Positions 52,088 through 63,057 of a DNA stretch of 64,000 bases are shown here, piece after piece. Numbering within the stretch: the first letter of the stretch is position 1; every line of letters begins with the position of its first letter. This stretch comes from Gammaproteobacteria bacterium (GTDB lineage Bacteria; Pseudomonadota; Gammaproteobacteria; SZUA-140), in contig JADLET010000084.1 in NCBI GenBank assembly GCA_020845975.1, forward strand, positions 2,509-66,508, in the 5' to 3' direction. The notes under the pieces are model-generated. The model had not been told where the DNA came from. It made no database searches and saw nothing but the letters and a program-made list of their open reading frames with translations. Both the position numbers and the translations under genes were made by a program.

Positions 52088-52498
52088 TCATTTGACTACC
52101 TGCAGCCGTGGTTTGCCCGGCTTGTTAGGCGCGCCGGACGGCGGTTGCGGAGACGACGGAGGCGGGACCTCACCGCCACTTTCCTCCTGCCCGAACACCA
52201 TGCCCTTGCCGTTCTCTTTCGCGTAGATCGCCAGCACGGCAGGCACCGGGATGACGATCTCATGGCCGCGTCCGCCAAAGCGCGCCTGAAACATGATCCA
52301 CTCGTTGTCCTGATGATAGTCGCTCACGGCGCGCGCGCTGATATTCAGGATAATCTTGCTGTTCTCGACATATTGCGCCGGCACACGCACCCCCGGGAAG
52401 ACTGCATTCACCAGCAGGTGCGGCGTCAGTCCGTTATCGACGATCCATTGATGGATCGCGCGCAGGATGTAGGGCCGACTGGAGGTCATGGTGGTCAT
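52088..52498 (-). CDS. sspB: ClpXP adaptor SspB
   Basis: SRPYILRAIHQWIVDNGLTPHLLVNA parallels the E. coli SspB N-terminus. Disordered P/S-rich C-terminal tail. Confidence 0.85.
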   Translation of the reverse strand: MTTMTSSRPYILRAIHQWIVDNGLTPHLLVNAVFPGVRVPAQYVENSKIILNISARAVSDYHQDNEWIMFQARFGGRGHEIVIPVPAVLAIYAKENGKGMVFGQEESGGEVPPPSSPQPPSGAPNKPGKPRLQVVK

Positions 52499-52530
52499 AG
52501 GGAACGGGGGTGCACAGAGATGAGATCGTC

Positions 52531-53157
52531 TTATTTGACGAATTCCTGCTCAACCTCGGTCAGGCTGGACCGGAAGGCGTCCCGCTTGAAAATACGCTCC
52601 GCATAACGCTGGACAGATTTCGCCTGCGCAGGTATCTCCACACCGTAATGCGACAGACGCCACAGCATGGGACCCATGCTGCATTCGATCAGCCCGAACT
52701 CGTCACTCATGAAATAGGGTTTTTTCATCAGCATCGGCGCCAGCATGGTAAGGTCGTCGCGCAGGGCCTTGCGCGCCTTCTCGGACTTGTCCCGGTCGCC
52801 CCCGGTAAGATCCGCGATCATGCTGTACCAATCCACATCGATCCGGTGCAGCATCATGCGGGTACGCGCGCGCGACACTGGATCCACCGGCATCAACGGG
52901 GGATGAGGGAAGCGCTCATCGAGATACTCCATGATGATCAGCGAATCGTAGAGCACGAGGTCGCGATCGACCAGCGTGGGGACGGTGTTGTACGCGTTGA
53001 TGTCGATCAGATCTTCCGGTGGATTATTGATGTCGACGTCTACGACATCGGCGGTAATACCCTTTTCGGAGAGAACAATGCGGACGCGGTGACTGAGCGG
53101 ACAATCAGCCCGCGAGTAGAGAGTCATCACGGGCCTGCGCGCGGCTGATATCGCCAT
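52531..53157 (-). CDS. sspA: Stringent starvation protein A (GST-like)
   Basis: MTLYSRADCPLSHRVRIVLSEKGI thioredoxin-like N-terminus. sspA-sspB operon arrangement. Confidence 0.9.
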   Translation of the reverse strand: MAISAARRPVMTLYSRADCPLSHRVRIVLSEKGITADVVDVDINNPPEDLIDINAYNTVPTLVDRDLVLYDSLIIMEYLDERFPHPPLMPVDPVSRARTRMMLHRIDVDWYSMIADLTGGDRDKSEKARKALRDDLTMLAPMLMKKPYFMSDEFGLIECSMGPMLWRLSHYGVEIPAQAKSVQRYAERIFKRDAFRSSLTEVEQEFVK

Positions 53158-53289
53158 TAAGATGGATCTCCCCAGTATGATTTACGCGGTGGGACCGACT
53201 GGCCAAATATAGCATATCCGCCAGATGGCCGTCACAAAGCTGACGGCTGCGCATGAATCCTCCCCGCGGGAACACCCGCCGTCCCGCGG

Positions 53290-54060
53290 CTAGAAACCGC
53301 GCGCCGCGCGTATCCGTTCGTAGGCCTTGCGGATTTCATGCGTCTTCTCGCTCGCCAGCTTCATCATCTCCTCCGGCAGCCCCTTTGCCACCAGTTTGTC
53401 GGGGTGATGCTGATTCACCAGGCGCCGATAGGCGCGCTTGATCTCGTCGTCATTCGCGTCAGGAGACACATCGAGAACTGCGTAGGCGCGGGCAAAAGCA
53501 TCCCCGTGCGCGCCGTCCCCGCGCGGATGCCGACCGTAGGCGCCGTTCACCATTGCATCAAGATGCGCGAACTGATCCGGCGAAATGCCAAGACGTGAAC
53601 AGATATGCAGCAGAATGGCCCGCTCCGCCGGGTGCAGCACGCCATCGACATAGGCCGCCTGCAGCAGGATCTCGATGAACATTCGCAGCAGCAGGCGACT
53701 GCGATGGCATTCGCGCCTGAACTGATCAAGCACTTCGTCGAGCGCGAAGCCGGGGTCCTTGCCCTGCCGGTACAGGTTTTTCGCCAGGGTGCGCAGCTCA
53801 TCCCCAAGCTGCATCTGCGCCATGACCGCCTCGGCGAGGCGGATCTCATCCTGCGTGACCCTACCGTCCGCCTTGGCCAGGTGCCCCAGCACGGAGAAAG
53901 TCGCGGTGAAGAACGCGGTTTGTGTCCGCTCGCGAACGCTGGGGGAGCCGCCCCGATGGGCGTCTATGGTATGACCCAGCGCCGCCCCGACCAAGGCACC
54001 AAGCGGGCCGCCAAGCACAAAACCGAAACGTCCGCCCAGGAGCTTGCCCCACCAGCTCAT
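53290..54060 (-). CDS. djlA: Co-chaperone DjlA (TM + TerB-like + C-terminal J domain)
   Basis: N-terminal TM. C-terminal DANDDEIKRAYRRLVNQHHPDK J-domain with HPD. Confidence 0.85.
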   Translation of the reverse strand: MSWWGKLLGGRFGFVLGGPLGALVGAALGHTIDAHRGGSPSVRERTQTAFFTATFSVLGHLAKADGRVTQDEIRLAEAVMAQMQLGDELRTLAKNLYRQGKDPGFALDEVLDQFRRECHRSRLLLRMFIEILLQAAYVDGVLHPAERAILLHICSRLGISPDQFAHLDAMVNGAYGRHPRGDGAHGDAFARAYAVLDVSPDANDDEIKRAYRRLVNQHHPDKLVAKGLPEEMMKLASEKTHEIRKAYERIRAARGF

Positions 54061-54136
54061 AATGCCATCTCGCGCGCCACGCGGTTAAACGGCAGACAAG
54101 TGGAGCCGGTGTTATCGGACAGCATGCATATCCCCA

Positions 54137-55075
54137 TCAACCTGCGCGAGACCCTGCGTCCGCCTCTTGACCGGGCGGATGCCACAATGTGGCCGCCTCC
54201 TCCAGCACAAACGACTTGAACGCCTGGGCCACGGGCGAAAAGCGCTTGCCCGCCCGGTGGACGATATACCACTGACGCATGATCGGAAAGCCCTCGACGT
54301 CGAGCACGGCGAGCCGTCTGGTCTCGAGCTCGAGCTCGAGGGTATGTATCGATACGATCCCCAGCCCCAGGCCTGCCTGCACCGCCTGCTGCACGGCCTC
54401 GTTGCTGCGCATCTCCATTCCCGTCCTGAGGCGCACGCCCTTCTCCGCGAAGAAGCGCTCCATCGCAATGCGCGTGCCTGATGCAGGTTCGCGCACGACG
54501 AAGGTCTCGCTCTGAAGATCGGTCAGCGGGATACGCCTGCGGTTGACGAACGCATGCCCCGTCGCGGCAATAACCACCAGCGGATTGTCCATGAACTGTT
54601 CAGCGACCAGATCCAGTTCTTCCGGTGGCTTCCCCATGATCACCAGATCCGTTTCGTTATTCTCCAGATCGTTCAGCAGTCCCTCTCGATTGGTGACATC
54701 AAGACTGACCGCGAGATGCTCCACCCGCTGACTGAAGGTCGCAATGAGACGGGTGGCGAAATAGTTCGCGGTGCTCGCGACTGCCAGCTTGAGATGTCCG
54801 CGCTGCATGCCCTTCATTTGCTCCAGCACCGAGCTCGTGTCGTCGAGCTGCTGCTGGATTACGCGACTGCATTGGTATACCTCCTGTCCTGCTTCGGTCA
54901 GATGGATACCCCGCCCCAATTGCTCGAACAGACGCAGCCCGACGTTCCCCTCCAGCTGCTTGATCTGCATGGAGACTGCAGGCTGCGAGAGGTGAAGATC
55001 CTCCGCCGCCCGGGTGTAGCTCATATGACGCGCGACGGAGGCGAAGACCTTGAGCTGTCGGAGGGTCACATGCAT
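54137..55075 (-). CDS. cbbR: LysR-type transcriptional regulator CbbR
   Basis: HTH MHVTLRQLKVFASVARHMSYTRAAEDLHLSQPAVSMQIKQLE. Divergent from cbbL. Start placed at MHVT; the ORF-track start is 73 codons upstream in the intergenic region. Confidence 0.85.
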   Translation of the reverse strand: MHVTLRQLKVFASVARHMSYTRAAEDLHLSQPAVSMQIKQLEGNVGLRLFEQLGRGIHLTEAGQEVYQCSRVIQQQLDDTSSVLEQMKGMQRGHLKLAVASTANYFATRLIATFSQRVEHLAVSLDVTNREGLLNDLENNETDLVIMGKPPEELDLVAEQFMDNPLVVIAATGHAFVNRRRIPLTDLQSETFVVREPASGTRIAMERFFAEKGVRLRTGMEMRSNEAVQQAVQAGLGLGIVSIHTLELELETRRLAVLDVEGFPIMRQWYIVHRAGKRFSPVAQAFKSFVLEEAATLWHPPGQEADAGSRAG

Positions 55076-55110
55076 GGCATAAATATATAATTTTTTACTT
55101 ATGCTATCAA

Positions 55111-55123
55111 TCAATATTATTGA
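55111..55123. promoter_or_regulatory. LysR-type T-N11-A palindrome (TCAATattATTGA) in the cbbR-cbbL intergenic region; candidate CbbR operator
   Basis: Perfect inverted repeat in the AT-rich divergent promoter region. Confidence 0.5.
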
Positions 55124-55327
55124 TTTTTCATTATGTGTCTGATCACCAATAATCATCCCCACCAGACGGCAGGATGTGGGTGCCAGCCGACTGGAGAAGA
55201 TGCAGGCACTCATAACTCGAACGCGCGGGCATCCCTTAATGCGGGGATCCAGCCGGGGATGGACAAGCAGCGATCCGGTCGCGCCAAGCGGCACAACAAC
55301 ATCAACTTGCTCTCAGGAGAACTGGCC

Positions 55328-56749
55328 ATGGCAGTGAAAACCTACAAGGCGGGAGTTAAGGATTACCGCGAAACCTACTGGATGCCGGAATACACCCCGG
55401 CCGATACCGACTTACTTGCCTGCTTCAAGATTACCCCGCAGGCCGGCGTGCCGCGCGAAGAGGCGGCCGCGGCCGTTGCCGCCGAGAGTTCCACCGGCAC
55501 CTGGACCACGGTGTGGACTGATCTGCTCACCGACCTCGACTACTACAAGGGCCGCGCCTACGCCATTGAGGACGTGCCGGGCGACGATACCTGCTTCTAC
55601 GCCTTCATCGCCTACCCCATCGACCTGTTCGAGGAAGGATCGGTCGTCAACGTATTCACCTCGCTGGTCGGCAACGTGTTCGGCTTCAAGGCCGTGCGCG
55701 CGCTGCGCCTGGAGGACGTGCGCTTCCCGATCGCCTATGTGAAGACCTGTGGCGGTCCGCCCAACGGCATCCAGGTCGAGCGCGACATCATGAACAAGTA
55801 CGGTCGTCCCCTGCTCGGCTGCACCATCAAGCCGAAGCTCGGACTGTCGGCCAAGAACTACGGCCGCGCCGTCTATGAGTGCCTGCGCGGCGGCCTGGAC
55901 TTCACCAAGGATGATGAGAACGTCAACTCCCAGCCGTTCATGCGCTGGCGCCAGCGTTTCGATTTCGTCATGGAGGCGATCCACAAGTCCGAGAAGGAAA
56001 CCGGCGAGCGCAAGGGACATTACCTAAACGTCACGGCGCCGACCCCGGAAGAGATGTACAAACGCGCGGAATACGCCAAGGAATTGGGCGCGCCGATCAT
56101 CATGCACGACTACATCACCGGCGGCTTCTGCGCCAACACGGGCCTCGCCAACTGGTGCCGTGACAACGGCATGCTGCTGCACATCCATCGCGCCATGCAT
56201 GCCGTGCTCGACCGCAATCCGCACCACGGCATCCATTTCCGCGTGCTGGCCAAGATCCTGCGCCTGTCCGGCGGAGACCATCTGCACACCGGCACCGTGG
56301 TCGGCAAGCTCGAAGGCGACCGCGAGGCGACCCTGGGCTGGATCGACCTGCTGCGTGACCGCTACATCAAGGAAGACCGCAGCCGCGGCATCTTCTTCGA
56401 TCAGGACTGGGGTTCCATGCCAGGCGTCTTCGCAGTAGCCTCCGGCGGCATCCATGTCTGGCACATGCCGGCACTGGTCACCATCTTCGGCAACGACTCG
56501 GTGCTCCAGTTCGGCGGCGGGACCCTGGGCCATCCGTGGGGTAATGCCGCAGGCGCAGCGGCCAACCGCGTCGCGCTCGAGGCCTGCGTCGAAGCCCGCA
56601 ACCAGGGCCGTGCACTGGAAAAGGAAGGCAAGGAAATCCTGACCACCGCCGCCAAGAGCAGCCCCGAGCTGAAAATGGCGCTGGAGACCTGGAAGGAGAT
56701 CAAATTCGAATTCGATACCGTGGACAAGCTGGACGTGGCGCACAAGTAA
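55328..56749 (+). CDS. cbbL: RuBisCO large subunit, form IA
   Basis: [24 protein letters not shown]...[11 protein letters not shown]...HIHRAMHAV are green-type form I signatures. AGGAGA SD. 473 aa. Confidence 0.97.
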   Translation: MAVKTYKAGVKDYRETYWMPEYTPADTDLLACFKITPQAGVPREEAAAAVAAESSTGTWTTVWTDLLTDLDYYKGRAYAIEDVPGDDTCFYAFIAYPIDLFEEGSVVNVFTSLVGNVFGFKAVRALRLEDVRFPIAYVKTCGGPPNGIQVERDIMNKYGRPLLGCTIKPKLGLSAKNYGRAVYECLRGGLDFTKDDENVNSQPFMRWRQRFDFVMEAIHKSEKETGERKGHYLNVTAPTPEEMYKRAEYAKELGAPIIMHDYITGGFCANTGLANWCRDNGMLLHIHRAMHAVLDRNPHHGIHFRVLAKILRLSGGDHLHTGTVVGKLEGDREATLGWIDLLRDRYIKEDRSRGIFFDQDWGSMPGVFAVASGGIHVWHMPALVTIFGNDSVLQFGGGTLGHPWGNAAGAAANRVALEACVEARNQGRALEKEGKEILTTAAKSSPELKMALETWKEIKFEFDTVDKLDVAHK

Positions 56750-56848
56750 GACATGTAAGGAGCGAGGGGTGTGGAGATAGGCGTTAAACCTATCCGCTTC
56801 ACACCTCACGCCTAACGCCTCACCTAAATTACGGTTAAGGAGCGTGCA

Positions 56849-57205
56849 ATGAGCGATATGCAGGATTACAAATCGAGTCTGACCGACTTCTCGAGCCGCA
56901 AGTTCGAGACCTTCTCCTATCTGCCGGAGATGAGCAAGGAGAACATCCGCAAGCAGGTGGAGTACATCGTGAAGCAGGGCTGGAATCCCGCCATCGAGCA
57001 CAGCGAGCCGGAGAACGCCTTCGATCACTACTGGTACATGTGGAAACTGCCGATGTTCGGCGAGACCAACGTCGACCAGATTCTCGCCGAGGCCGATGCC
57101 TGCCACAAGGCGCACCCCGGGAACCATGTGCGCCTGGTCGGCTATGACAACTACGCCCAGTCGCAGGGGACCTCGATGGTGATTTACCGTGGGCCGATGA
57201 ACTGA
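56849..57205 (+). CDS. cbbS: RuBisCO small subunit
   Basis: [33 protein letters not shown]. 118 aa. AAGGAG SD. Confidence 0.95.
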   Translation: MSDMQDYKSSLTDFSSRKFETFSYLPEMSKENIRKQVEYIVKQGWNPAIEHSEPENAFDHYWYMWKLPMFGETNVDQILAEADACHKAHPGNHVRLVGYDNYAQSQGTSMVIYRGPMN

Positions 57206-57234
57206 TCCCGCAGCGGGTTATGCTGTAGCCAGCA

Positions 57235-57269
57235 CCCCCTGCCCGGGATCGCCGCGCAGGGGTTTTTTT
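57235..57269 (+). terminator. Intrinsic terminator/attenuator between cbbS and cbbQ
   Basis: CCCCTGCccgggatcgccgcGCAGGGGttttttt. Confidence 0.6.
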
Positions 57270-57354
57270 GATGTGGAGAAAAGCGCACAGCCGGCATAAA
57301 CATTGCCCGTTCCCGGCTTCGCCCTTTCCTCTTTAGCCTTGGCCGGAGTGAGAC

Positions 57355-58167
57355 ATGATGAACAAGACTGACAGCGCGCAGTTTCAGGTAAGGAAGGAAC
57401 CCTATTATCTTCCCGTCCATGACGAGGTCGGGCTGTTCGAGGCGGCCTATGCCGCCCGCATGCCGATCATGCTCAAGGGCCCGACCGGCTGCGGCAAGAC
57501 TCGCTTTGTCGAGCATATGGCCTGGAAGCTCGGACGCCCGCTTATCACCGTGGCATGCAACGAGGATATGACCGCCTCAGACCTGGTTGGCCGCTTTCTG
57601 CTCGATGTGAACGGCACACGCTGGCAGGACGGACCGCTCACCACGGCCGCACGCATCGGCGCGATTTGTTACCTCGACGAGGTCGTCGAGGCGCGCCAGG
57701 ACACCACCGTGGTGATTCATCCCCTGACCGACCATCGCCGGACCCTGCCGCTCGACAAGAAGGGCGAGCTGGTCGAGGCGCATCCGGACTTCCATCTGGT
57801 GATCTCCTACAATCCGGGTTATCAGAGCCTGATGAAGGATCTGAAGCAATCAACCAAGCAGCGTTTCGGCGCGCTCGATTTCAGCTATCCCGCCGCCGAG
57901 ATCGAAACCCGTATCGTCCAGCATGAAACCGGCATCGATGGAGCGGTGGCCGGCAAGCTGGTACAGATCGCCCAGCGCGCGCGCAATCTCAAGGGTCACG
58001 GACTCGACGAAGGCATCTCGACCCGCCTGCTGGTTTATGCCGGCCAGCTGATTATCAAGGGCATCGATCCGGTGGCCGCCTGCCGCATGGCGCTGGTACG
58101 ACCGCTCACCGATGACCCCGACATGCGCGATACGCTGGATGCCGCGGTGCATACCTTTTTCAGCTGA
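57355..58167 (+). CDS. cbbQ: RuBisCO activase component CbbQ (MoxR-type AAA+ ATPase)
   Basis: Walker [11 protein letters not shown]. Typical CbbQ length 270 aa. Position after cbbLS. Confidence 0.92.
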   Translation: MMNKTDSAQFQVRKEPYYLPVHDEVGLFEAAYAARMPIMLKGPTGCGKTRFVEHMAWKLGRPLITVACNEDMTASDLVGRFLLDVNGTRWQDGPLTTAARIGAICYLDEVVEARQDTTVVIHPLTDHRRTLPLDKKGELVEAHPDFHLVISYNPGYQSLMKDLKQSTKQRFGALDFSYPAAEIETRIVQHETGIDGAVAGKLVQIAQRARNLKGHGLDEGISTRLLVYAGQLIIKGIDPVAACRMALVRPLTDDPDMRDTLDAAVHTFFS

Positions 58168-58201
58168 ACATAGCGCAGGAATACTACGCCCCTGAGCTGA
58201 C

Positions 58202-60532
58202 ATGAACATCAATCTCGACGAATATCGCGCGACACTGATCCGGACAGCGCCGGAACTGACCGCCACCCTCGACGGGATCTTCCACGATGCCGCACGCGTG
58301 ATGTCGGCCACCGGCCTCAAGACCTATCTCGACGGCGCGCGCGGCCTCTGCGGACTCGGCCGCGGTCCGGAGCTCGTCGTCACCTATCTGGAAGAAATGC
58401 CGGCGGTGGTACAAGAGTGTGGCGAGGACATCATTCCGGATTGCGTCAATGCCGCGCTCAAGCTCTCCTCCATGACCTCAGGCGAGGTCATCGCGCTGTT
58501 ATTCGCCAGCCTGCCAACCGCGGCGCTCCGCCTGGGTGATCCCGAACTGCTGCGCAGCTATCTCGCGCTGATCCACCAGATTTCCGCCAAGGCCCCGCGC
58601 GGACTGCGCCCCCTGCTCGGCCACATCGATGAACTGCTCTCCAAATTGACCTTGAGCGGACTGCGGCGCTGGGCCAGTTTCGGCGCACAGGCCTACCGGC
58701 AGGACCTGCGCACACTCGCGGACTACTTCAGCCTTGCCACCGAGGACAGCCGCGCCGTGCTGCAGCAGGAACGGCGCGGCACGCTGTTCGTCGCCAGCCA
58801 GCGCAAACTCAATTTCTACCTGCGCGCCCTGTGGGGACGCGACTTCCAGCTGCGCCCGACAGCGGCGGACCACTCTGACTTCCGCCCCTACATCGAGGCT
58901 CGCACCCTGCACTTGCCCGATGCCGTCGACGACGCGGGCGAGATCAGCGGACTGGAACTCTATCGCGCGACCGCGGCGCATATGGCAGCGCATATCAGCT
59001 ATACCGACGGACCGCTGAGCGCGGAACAGCTCAGCCCGGCGCAGATGTTCTTCATCGGCCTGCTGGAAGATGCACGGGTTGAATACTGCGCGGCACGAGA
59101 GTTTCCCGGCTTGCTCAAACTGTGGCGCGCTCTGCACATCTCCCGACCCGAGCAGCCCGCCGGGCATCCGGCCCTCAACGAACTGGAGTGGCTGGCCCTG
59201 TGCCTGCTCGACGCCGACGCTCGCAGCGGAGACGCCGAAATCGACTCATTCGCAGCGCGTTTCCACGCAAGCGTGCAGGCCCGACCGCGCGACACGCGGC
59301 TGTCCTGGGAACAGGGTCTTGAGCTGTATCACCTGTTCGCCGCGCGTCGCGCGGTCCCCGCGCTGCGCATCCTTCAGGGTATTCGCCTGCCCTACCGGGA
59401 TGACAATCGCTATTGCTGGAGCTTTGAGGAATTCTCCTGGTCGGACGCCGAGCACATCGGCACTACCCAGCGCCAGCTGCGCCGCAATGTCTCGCTGATG
59501 GAAATGGTGAACGAGGTGGACTGCGAGCTGGCGGGAGACGACGCCCGGGAGATCTGGTCGCTCGCCAGCGAATTTTTCCGCGACGGCGACCCCGCGGGCA
59601 TCAGCATCAACCAGATGGAAGGCCGCGAGCCGGTCTCGGACCCGTTCCATTACCACGAATGGGATTACCAGGTGCAACTGCACCGGCCGAATTGGGCCAC
59701 CGTATATGAGCGGCGTCCGGCCACGGGCGATCCGGACAGCATCGAGCGGATCCTGCGTGAACACAAGCCGATTGCCTCACGCATCCGCCAGATCGTCGAT
59801 CTGCTGCGCCCCGCCGGGATCACACGCCAGCGCAAGCTGGAAGACGGCGACGAGATCGACGTCAATGCGGCCGTCGAGGCGATGGTCAATCTCCGCCTTG
59901 GCCTGTCACCCGACCCGCGCATCACCCTGCGCAACGTGCTCAATACGCGCGACTTGTGCGTGTTGCTGCTGCTCGACCTGTCGGAATCGACCAATGAAAT
60001 GGCGGCGGGTTCCGGCAAGTCGGTGCTGGCGCTGACACGCGAAGCCAGCACCCTGATGGCTACCGCCATCGAAGGCATTGGAGACCCGTTTGCGATGCAC
60101 GGCTTCGCCTCGGACGGACGCCATGATGTACGCTACTTCCGTTTCAAGGACTTCAACCAGCCGTTCGACGATGCGGCCAAGGCCCGCCTCGCAGGCATGC
60201 GCGGCGGACTGTCCACGCGTATGGGCACGGCCCTGCGCCATGCCGGCCGCCATCTGTCGCAGCAGTCACAGAGGCGCAAACTGATACTGCTGGTCACCGA
60301 CGGAGAACCCGCCGACGTCGACGAGCGCGATCCGCAACATCTCCGCTTTGACGCCCGCAAGGCTGTCGAGGAATTGCACACCCGAGGCATCATCACCTAC
60401 TGCCTGTCGCTGGACCCTCAGGCGGATGGCTACGTACGCCGCATCTTCGGAGAGAGCCACTACACCGTGATCGATCATGTGCGGCGCCTGCCGGAGAAAC
60501 TGCCCGCTCTGTTCGCAAGCCTCACCGGCTGA
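58202..60532 (+). CDS. cbbO: RuBisCO activase adaptor CbbO (VWA-domain protein)
   Basis: 776 aa. C-terminal VWA with MIDAS (LLLDLSEST...TDGEP). Follows cbbQ. Confidence 0.9.
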   Translation: MNINLDEYRATLIRTAPELTATLDGIFHDAARVMSATGLKTYLDGARGLCGLGRGPELVVTYLEEMPAVVQECGEDIIPDCVNAALKLSSMTSGEVIALLFASLPTAALRLGDPELLRSYLALIHQISAKAPRGLRPLLGHIDELLSKLTLSGLRRWASFGAQAYRQDLRTLADYFSLATEDSRAVLQQERRGTLFVASQRKLNFYLRALWGRDFQLRPTAADHSDFRPYIEARTLHLPDAVDDAGEISGLELYRATAAHMAAHISYTDGPLSAEQLSPAQMFFIGLLEDARVEYCAAREFPGLLKLWRALHISRPEQPAGHPALNELEWLALCLLDADARSGDAEIDSFAARFHASVQARPRDTRLSWEQGLELYHLFAARRAVPALRILQGIRLPYRDDNRYCWSFEEFSWSDAEHIGTTQRQLRRNVSLMEMVNEVDCELAGDDAREIWSLASEFFRDGDPAGISINQMEGREPVSDPFHYHEWDYQVQLHRPNWATVYERRPATGDPDSIERILREHKPIASRIRQIVDLLRPAGITRQRKLEDGDEIDVNAAVEAMVNLRLGLSPDPRITLRNVLNTRDLCVLLLLDLSESTNEMAAGSGKSVLALTREASTLMATAIEGIGDPFAMHGFASDGRHDVRYFRFKDFNQPFDDAAKARLAGMRGGLSTRMGTALRHAGRHLSQQSQRRKLILLVTDGEPADVDERDPQHLRFDARKAVEELHTRGIITYCLSLDPQADGYVRRIFGESHYTVIDHVRRLPEKLPALFASLTG

Positions 60533-60665
60533 ACCCGTATCGCTGTCACCGGGCGTGGATTCTGCTAAACTTGGCCCACGAATCGGTTATTACCGCGATA
60601 CCGCCAAACCCGCCTGAGGGCGGGACGCCGCGTGAACCCTGACACCCACCCGTTACCGGAACGGC

Positions 60666-61898
60666 ATGAACCCTATCGACATCCGCCCCGCCGCGGACAA
60701 CGAGCCGCTATACACGCTCGAACACTGCGGACGACGCATCACCCTGCTCGGCACGGCGCACATATCGCAGGCCAGCGCCGAAAAAGTGCGCGAACTGATC
60801 GAGAGCTGTGAATACGATGCGGTGGCGATCGAGCTGTGCCCCAGCCGGTACAATGCCATCGTCAATCCCGACGCGCTCGCCAAGATGGATCTGTTCGAGG
60901 TCATCCACACGCGCAAGGTTCTGATGGTCGCGGCGAACCTGGCGCTCGGGGCCTTTCAGCAACGCATGGCGGAACAACTCGATATCACACCCGGAGCAGA
61001 GATGCGGGCGGCGATCGACTGCGCCCGCACCCATCACCTGCCCGTGCTGCTCATCGACCGTGAGATCGCTGTCACACTGAAGCGTTGCTATCACGGCGTG
61101 CCCTGTTGGCAGCGCGTCCAGCTGCTGTCCGGACTGTTGACCAGCGCCATCGTTCCGCGCAAGGTCACCACGGAAGAGATCGAGCGCCTGAAGGAAGGCG
61201 ACATGCTGGAATCGGCGTTTACCCAGTTCGCCGAACAGGCGCGGGGCCTGTACCGTGGACTGATCGATGAACGTGACAGTTACATGGCGGCGCGCATCAT
61301 CAGCGAATCCGACAGCGGCGCCCATCGCAACCTGCTTGCCGTGGTTGGCGCCGGGCACCTGAAAGGAATCCGGCGCTACCTGGACGATTACCGCGACCAT
61401 CCTCCTGCGGAAACGCTCGCCGGCGTCATCGCGAAACTCGATGAAATGCCCGCGCCGAGCCGCTGGCCTGCGCTGATCTCATGGCTGGTCGTCGCACTGA
61501 TCCTCGGTGGCTTCGCCGTGGGTTTTACTCAAGACACCGCGATCGGCTGGGGCATGATCACCGACTGGATCATGATCACCGGCGGACTGGCGGCGCTCGG
61601 CACACTGCTGGCGGGAGGCCATCTGCTGACCGTGGGCAGCGCGTTTCTCGCCGCGCCGCTGACGACGCTGAACCCGCTGATTGGAGTGGGCATGATCACG
61701 GCGGCGGTCGAGGCCTGGCTGCGCCGGCCGAGTATCGGCGACTTCTCGCGCCTGCGCGCGGACGTCTCCCGCCTGAAGGGATGGTGGTACAACCGCGTCG
61801 CGCGTACCCTGCTGGTATTCCTGTTCAGCTCTCTCGGCGCCGCTGCGGGGACCTATCTCGCCGGCGTGATGATCTTCCGACAGCTCACGCAACACTGA
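60666..61898 (+). CDS. TraB/GumN-family protein with C-terminal TM region
   Basis: N-terminal ITLLGTAHIS TraB motif region. C-terminal hydrophobic segments. Confidence 0.6.
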   Translation: MNPIDIRPAADNEPLYTLEHCGRRITLLGTAHISQASAEKVRELIESCEYDAVAIELCPSRYNAIVNPDALAKMDLFEVIHTRKVLMVAANLALGAFQQRMAEQLDITPGAEMRAAIDCARTHHLPVLLIDREIAVTLKRCYHGVPCWQRVQLLSGLLTSAIVPRKVTTEEIERLKEGDMLESAFTQFAEQARGLYRGLIDERDSYMAARIISESDSGAHRNLLAVVGAGHLKGIRRYLDDYRDHPPAETLAGVIAKLDEMPAPSRWPALISWLVVALILGGFAVGFTQDTAIGWGMITDWIMITGGLAALGTLLAGGHLLTVGSAFLAAPLTTLNPLIGVGMITAAVEAWLRRPSIGDFSRLRADVSRLKGWWYNRVARTLLVFLFSSLGAAAGTYLAGVMIFRQLTQH

Positions 61899-61911
61899 GC
61901 GCGGCGGCGGG

Positions 61912-62733
61912 TCAATCCACGCAGGGACCGTTCTGCAGGATGGGTTCGCCGTGAGGGCGCCCGAAACAGAACATCAGCAGGCTTTCCTCCCATGCCTCCA
62001 CATGGACGGCGCCCGGGTCCTCCATGAAACAGGCCTCTCCGACATCGAGCCCGCGCCCATTGACGGCGGCGGATCCCTCCGCGACATAGATGAAGCCACG
62101 ATATCCCTCCGTAACCTGGGCACGGTGAACGGCGCCGGGTTCGAGGTGCACGGCGAGATATTCGACGGGGGTATGCAGCCGCAACGGAGAACCCTTGCCG
62201 GCGATCTCGACCGCGTGCCCGCCCGAAAAACGGTGCACCGGAAGACTGTCCACATCCACCTGCTGGTAATCCGGCGTGATTGCCTTGAGCCGCTGCGGCA
62301 GATTGATCCACAACTGGATGCCACGCACCGTGGCGCGGCCCACCGGCTGCTCGGAATGTGTGATGCCCTGTCCCGCGGTAAAACGCTGCGCCCCGCCCGC
62401 CACCACCGTGGAATGGTTGCCCAGATTATCTTCATGACGCATCGCGCCCGTGAAGACATAGGTGATCGCCTCGAACCCCCGGTGGGAATGCCCAGGAAAT
62501 CCTGTCTCCGGGCTGATGATGAAATGATCCCAGAAGACGAAGGGGTCGTAATTATGCCAGCCCGCCACCGGCATCAGGCGTTGTACGTCCACGCCCGCCC
62601 CTTCCTTCATCTCGACTGCGCGTCGAACCGTCATCGGCACCGCGGCGGGCGCGCCACCGGCTCGCGCGCCGGGTGCGGAGGGCGCGCCACCCTGGCCCCC
62701 GCCCGTCCCTTCCGGTCTGCCATCCCAGCTCAT
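61912..62733 (-). CDS. Pirin-family cupin protein
   Basis: GFPGHSHRGFEAITYVFTG cupin metal-binding motif and duplicated cupin halves. Confidence 0.8.
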   Translation of the reverse strand: MSWDGRPEGTGGGQGGAPSAPGARAGGAPAAVPMTVRRAVEMKEGAGVDVQRLMPVAGWHNYDPFVFWDHFIISPETGFPGHSHRGFEAITYVFTGAMRHEDNLGNHSTVVAGGAQRFTAGQGITHSEQPVGRATVRGIQLWINLPQRLKAITPDYQQVDVDSLPVHRFSGGHAVEIAGKGSPLRLHTPVEYLAVHLEPGAVHRAQVTEGYRGFIYVAEGSAAVNGRGLDVGEACFMEDPGAVHVEAWEESLLMFCFGRPHGEPILQNGPCVD

Positions 62734-63057
62734 ACAGGGCGCACTTCCAAGACACAGACAACAGCATGGTGCTCTGCTATAGGCAGCAGGGCGCCCGCGC
62801 CAATGTCATGCCTCACGAACAGGCTTCCGATCATTTTACGAAGAACCGGTGGCCGTCCCGCATAATACGGGATCATTTCCATGGGAACCTCCGTCAGCTG
62901 TGGCGCTATGATATCGTGGCTTATTATCCACGCTTTGTCCCGTGTTGGCAGCGAATTTATCTATAGTACCGGGATCTCGGCGGGAGTGGGTTACCCGGTA
63001 GCCAGCTGGCCGGACCAGCCCTGTTATCCACATGATCAAACTCGGAATCGCTGACAG

